This document shows positions 50,424 to 53,058 of a stretch of DNA of 53,058 nucleotides, in pieces (position 1 is the first letter of the stretch; each line of letters starts with the position of its first letter). Under the pieces are notes generated by a model. It was not told the DNA's origin. It made no database searches and worked only from the letters and a program-made list of their open reading frames with translations. Location of the stretch: IMG/VR virus record IMGVR_UViG_3300044625_001301, positions 1 through 53,058 of that record; one strand, given 5' to 3'. The stretch comes from a virus. Its lineage: Duplodnaviria; Caudoviricetes. Made by a program: the position numbers and the translations under genes.

Positions 50424-51113
50424 CTAGTCGTCGTCGCCGACCTTGGCGGTGATGACCGCCTTGACCCGGATCAGGACCGTCTGGTCCTGGCCGTTGTAGG
50501 CCTCGTGGGCCTTGACCGCGCCGGTCAGCTCGACCTGGTCGCCCCGGTCCAGGGCGAACACGCTCTGGCTGGAGCTGAAGGTCTTGACGATGTGGCCGGT
50601 GTCGGCCTTGACCACCAGGAAGACCGAGGAGCTGCGGTTCCAGCTGCCCGAGATGTACTTGGCGACCTGGACGGTGCCGGTGACGGTGATCTTGTCGCCG
50701 ACCTCGCCGAGGAAACCGTTGACCAGGGCCGCGCGGCGGGCCTGCTCGGCGTGGGCCTCGTCCCAGGCTGCGGCGAACTCAGCGGCCTTGGCGGCTGCCT
50801 GCTCGGCGGCGTTGCGCTCGGCCCAGTAGGCCTGGATCTCGGCTTCGTAGTCGCGGTAGTAGGCGTCGGCCTTGGCGCGCTTGCGGACGGTGACGGCGGC
50901 GGCGTAGTGGGTGCCGGTACCGCCGCAGTGGAAGCAGACGCCGTTGGCGACCCACTTGAAGCAGGTGTAGCCAGTGCCGTCGCAGCGCCAGCAGGACTCG
51001 GGGACCCGGTCGGAGTTGGCCGCGCCGGGTGCCGGGTCGACGTAGGACAGCAGCGGCTTGACGCCCAGGATGCCCTTGAAGGTGACCGGCTTGGTGGTGG
51101 TGGTGGTGGTCAT
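50424..51113 (-). CDS. Protein with CxxCxGxG zinc finger and OB-fold-like C-terminus
   Basis: CWRCDGTG, CFHCGGTG; GEVGDKITV...G.VKAH..YNG..QT. Confidence 0.75.
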   Translation of the reverse strand: MTTTTTTKPVTFKGILGVKPLLSYVDPAPGAANSDRVPESCWRCDGTGYTCFKWVANGVCFHCGGTGTHYAAAVTVRKRAKADAYYRDYEAEIQAYWAERNAAEQAAAKAAEFAAAWDEAHAEQARRAALVNGFLGEVGDKITVTGTVQVAKYISGSWNRSSSVFLVVKADTGHIVKTFSSSQSVFALDRGDQVELTGAVKAHEAYNGQDQTVLIRVKAVITAKVGDDD

Positions 51114-51130
51114 GATCGGCCTTTCGGTCG

Positions 51131-51207
51131 GGTGGTGGTGTAGCTCCAGGATAGGCGCATTCAGGCTATAGCGCAACCAAAAGCCCCCGGAGCGTATCCG
51201 GGGGCTT
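51131..51207 (-). promoter_or_regulatory. Terminator + promoter (TTGCGC-N17-TATCCT) cassette
   Basis: AAGCCCCCGGA..TCCGGGGGCTT; box 51161-51171. Confidence 0.85.
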
Positions 51208-51225
51208 CTGGAGTCGATCGGCGGG

Positions 51226-51924
51226 TCAGAACAACGCCTCGACCGAACGGCGCTCGGCCTCGGCCTCGGCGTCGATCATATCCTCGAACGAGGCCTTCTG
51301 AGCGGCGACCAGGATCATGGCCTTCTCAGCGGCTTTCTGGGCCTCGATCTTGGCCAGAGCCTCGGCGACGTGCGGGACCAGCTTTGCCGCGCGGCGGGCG
51401 GCGTTGTAGTTCTCCCGGCCCAGGATGTCCGGCCCGCACTTGGTGCCCAGGCCGATCTCCACCGAGATCGGGTCCTCCAGCTCGACCGAGCAGTTGGCGC
51501 AGATGCCGACGGTGCGGCTGTAGACCCGGACCTCCTCAGCGGTCATCAGGTCGCTGGCTTTGAGAACCCGCATCATGCCCTTGCCCGCCTCGAAGTCCCA
51601 GCCGTGACGGGTGACCTTCTGAGCGTAGGGGTAGCCGCTGGTCCGGGAGAGAACCACCTTATACACGTCCTCGCCGTGCCGGTAGAAACCCGGCTCGGTG
51701 ACCTTGTCGGCGGCGGGGACGGTGACCTCGGCGGTGACGACGGCCTGGGCCGCGATCTTCTCGGCCACGGTGTAGCCGTCGGCAGCCCTGAACACGATAT
51801 TGCCAACGACGAACTGGGAGGTCTCGCCGTTCTTCTTGGTGACGGTGACAGTGTCGCCCTCAACCAGGTTGCGCCCGGCGATGCCCCAGGTGTTGGTTTT
51901 CTTGATCAGGGTGTGGGTGATCAT
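51226..51924 (-). CDS. DUF6011-like zinc-finger protein
   Basis: CANCSVELEDPISVEIGLGTKC. Confidence 0.7.
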   Translation of the reverse strand: MITHTLIKKTNTWGIAGRNLVEGDTVTVTKKNGETSQFVVGNIVFRAADGYTVAEKIAAQAVVTAEVTVPAADKVTEPGFYRHGEDVYKVVLSRTSGYPYAQKVTRHGWDFEAGKGMMRVLKASDLMTAEEVRVYSRTVGICANCSVELEDPISVEIGLGTKCGPDILGRENYNAARRAAKLVPHVAEALAKIEAQKAAEKAMILVAAQKASFEDMIDAEAEAERRSVEALF

Positions 51925-51941
51925 GGTGAGCCTTTCTGCTC

Positions 51942-52029
51942 GGTGGTGGTGTCCCTCAAGATTACGCGCACTACAGGATGATGCGCAACCCGGAAAAGAA
52001 GAATCCCCCCGGAATCGCTTCCGGGGGGA
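51942..52029 (-). promoter_or_regulatory. Terminator + promoter (TTGCGC-N18-TAATCT) cassette
   Basis: TCCCCCCGGAA..TTCCGGGGGGA hairpin; box 51971-51981 in reverse orientation. Confidence 0.8.
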
Positions 52030-52056
52030 CCTCCTGCCGTGGACGATCGGAGGGAA

Positions 52057-52878
52057 TTAGTGCACCACCACCTCTTCCTCGACGAGAGCCACGGCGGCTT
52101 TGAGGGCCTCCAGCAGGGCGACCGCGTCGCTCTTGCCGTTGGCGTTGACGATGTCACGAGCGGCCTGGCGCAGGGTGCCCCAGCTCGGGGCCAGGGGGCG
52201 GGCCTTCGCGGCGTCGTCGGCCTTGCGCCGGGCCTCGGCCTCGGCCTCGCGGACCTTGCGGGCGTTCTGCAGCTCGGCGGCGATCCAGAGCACCAGCTCG
52301 GGGTTGGTGGCCAGCCGCTCGACCTGAGTCCGCAGGGTGTAGCCGCCGTCCTCGTCGCGGGTGGCCTGCCAGATCCAGTTGGTCGCGGCGTAGGAGGCGG
52401 TGGACTGCTTCTCCAGCACGACCTCGGTGCTGTTGCCGCGATCGCCGATGCTGGTGGTGGGGATGTAGGCGGACAGCGAGGCCGGGTACCGGGTCTGGGT
52501 GCCGTCGGCGGCGGTGTGGGTCAGCTTCGCGCCCTTGAGGGTCTTGGAGAAGCCACGTCTTCCGTAGTGGCTGTACTCGCGGCTGACGTAGTCCAGGACC
52601 AGCGTCCAGGTCCCGCCGTCGGCGGCAACCTTGACGAAGGTGAACGGGTGCTGCACGAGGAATTCCGGGCGGCGAGCGGGGTCGAGCCGGTCCAGGCCCC
52701 AGCCGTAGGTGTTGTGCACGGCGGTCGGGTCGAGGGTCCAGCCCAGTGCGATGACGGTGTCGACGAGGTCCTGCTGGCCCTTGGTGTAGCTGTGCCGCAC
52801 CGGCAGCGGCAGGGTCAGGACGGTCTCGGTGTCGCCGTAGCGGTGGGTGAAGGTCTGGGGGGAGAGGGTGCTGGTCAT
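52057..52878 (-). CDS. Hypothetical protein (273 aa)
   Basis: CCA leader, GAAAG, own promoter. Confidence 0.8.
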   Translation of the reverse strand: MTSTLSPQTFTHRYGDTETVLTLPLPVRHSYTKGQQDLVDTVIALGWTLDPTAVHNTYGWGLDRLDPARRPEFLVQHPFTFVKVAADGGTWTLVLDYVSREYSHYGRRGFSKTLKGAKLTHTAADGTQTRYPASLSAYIPTTSIGDRGNSTEVVLEKQSTASYAATNWIWQATRDEDGGYTLRTQVERLATNPELVLWIAAELQNARKVREAEAEARRKADDAAKARPLAPSWGTLRQAARDIVNANGKSDAVALLEALKAAVALVEEEVVVH

Positions 52879-52917
52879 GGTGGTCGCTTTCTGTGGGTGG
52901 TGGTGGTGACCCTGTCG

Positions 52918-52946
52918 ATGTTACGGGAACTACAGGATCATGGCAA
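52918..52946 (-). promoter_or_regulatory. SigA-like promoter TTGCCA-N17-TAACAT
   Basis: Box-like CTACAGGATCA at 52930-52940. Confidence 0.7.
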
Positions 52947-53057
52947 GGGGGTCTCGTCTTCGCCCTCGCACAGCTCGACGAACTCGGCGGCGTCGGCGGC
53001 GGACATCCCGGACACCGACTCGGTGAGTAAGGTCCTGGCCTGGGAGTCGGCCACCAG
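52938..53057 (-). CDS. C-terminal fragment of a gene entering from the right edge
   Basis: Open frame LVADSQART...EDETPLP-stop. Confidence 0.55.
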   Translation of the reverse strand: MVADSQARTLLTESVSGMSAADAAEFVELCEGEDETPLP

Positions 53058-53058
53058 A

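Overview
High-GC actinobacteriophage genome segment, probably a large myovirus of the mycobacteriophage Cluster C/AA or Rhodococcus E3 type (inferred from gene content and order, not from a search). Essentially all real genes are on the minus strand; the long plus-strand ORFs are antisense shadows. In transcription order (right to left): early-type small genes each in a repeated terminator+SigA-promoter+CCA-leader cassette, two glycosyltransferases, lysin A-holin-lysin B, a GNAT/ParB protein, large terminase, about 17 kb of small accessory genes, several very large modular proteins, portal, and a SWIM/LysM protein running off the left edge. Most striking: (1) multi-enzyme polyproteins built from GNAT, ParB, ADP-ribosyltransferase-like, metallopeptidase, papain-fold and glutaredoxin modules joined by a conserved RLAMP / [RK]xA linker that is an identical 15-nt sequence in five copies; (2) one polyprotein ends in a Tox-PL-like papain toxin followed by an Imm35/YrhB-like immunity gene; (3) an 11-bp TCANNCTRTAG box found in early promoter spacers in both orientations and upstream of candidate late promoters; (4) a DnaA-box cluster. 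Domain calls come from motif recognition only and need HMM or structure confirmation. No tRNA, rRNA, CRISPR array or integrase was seen.
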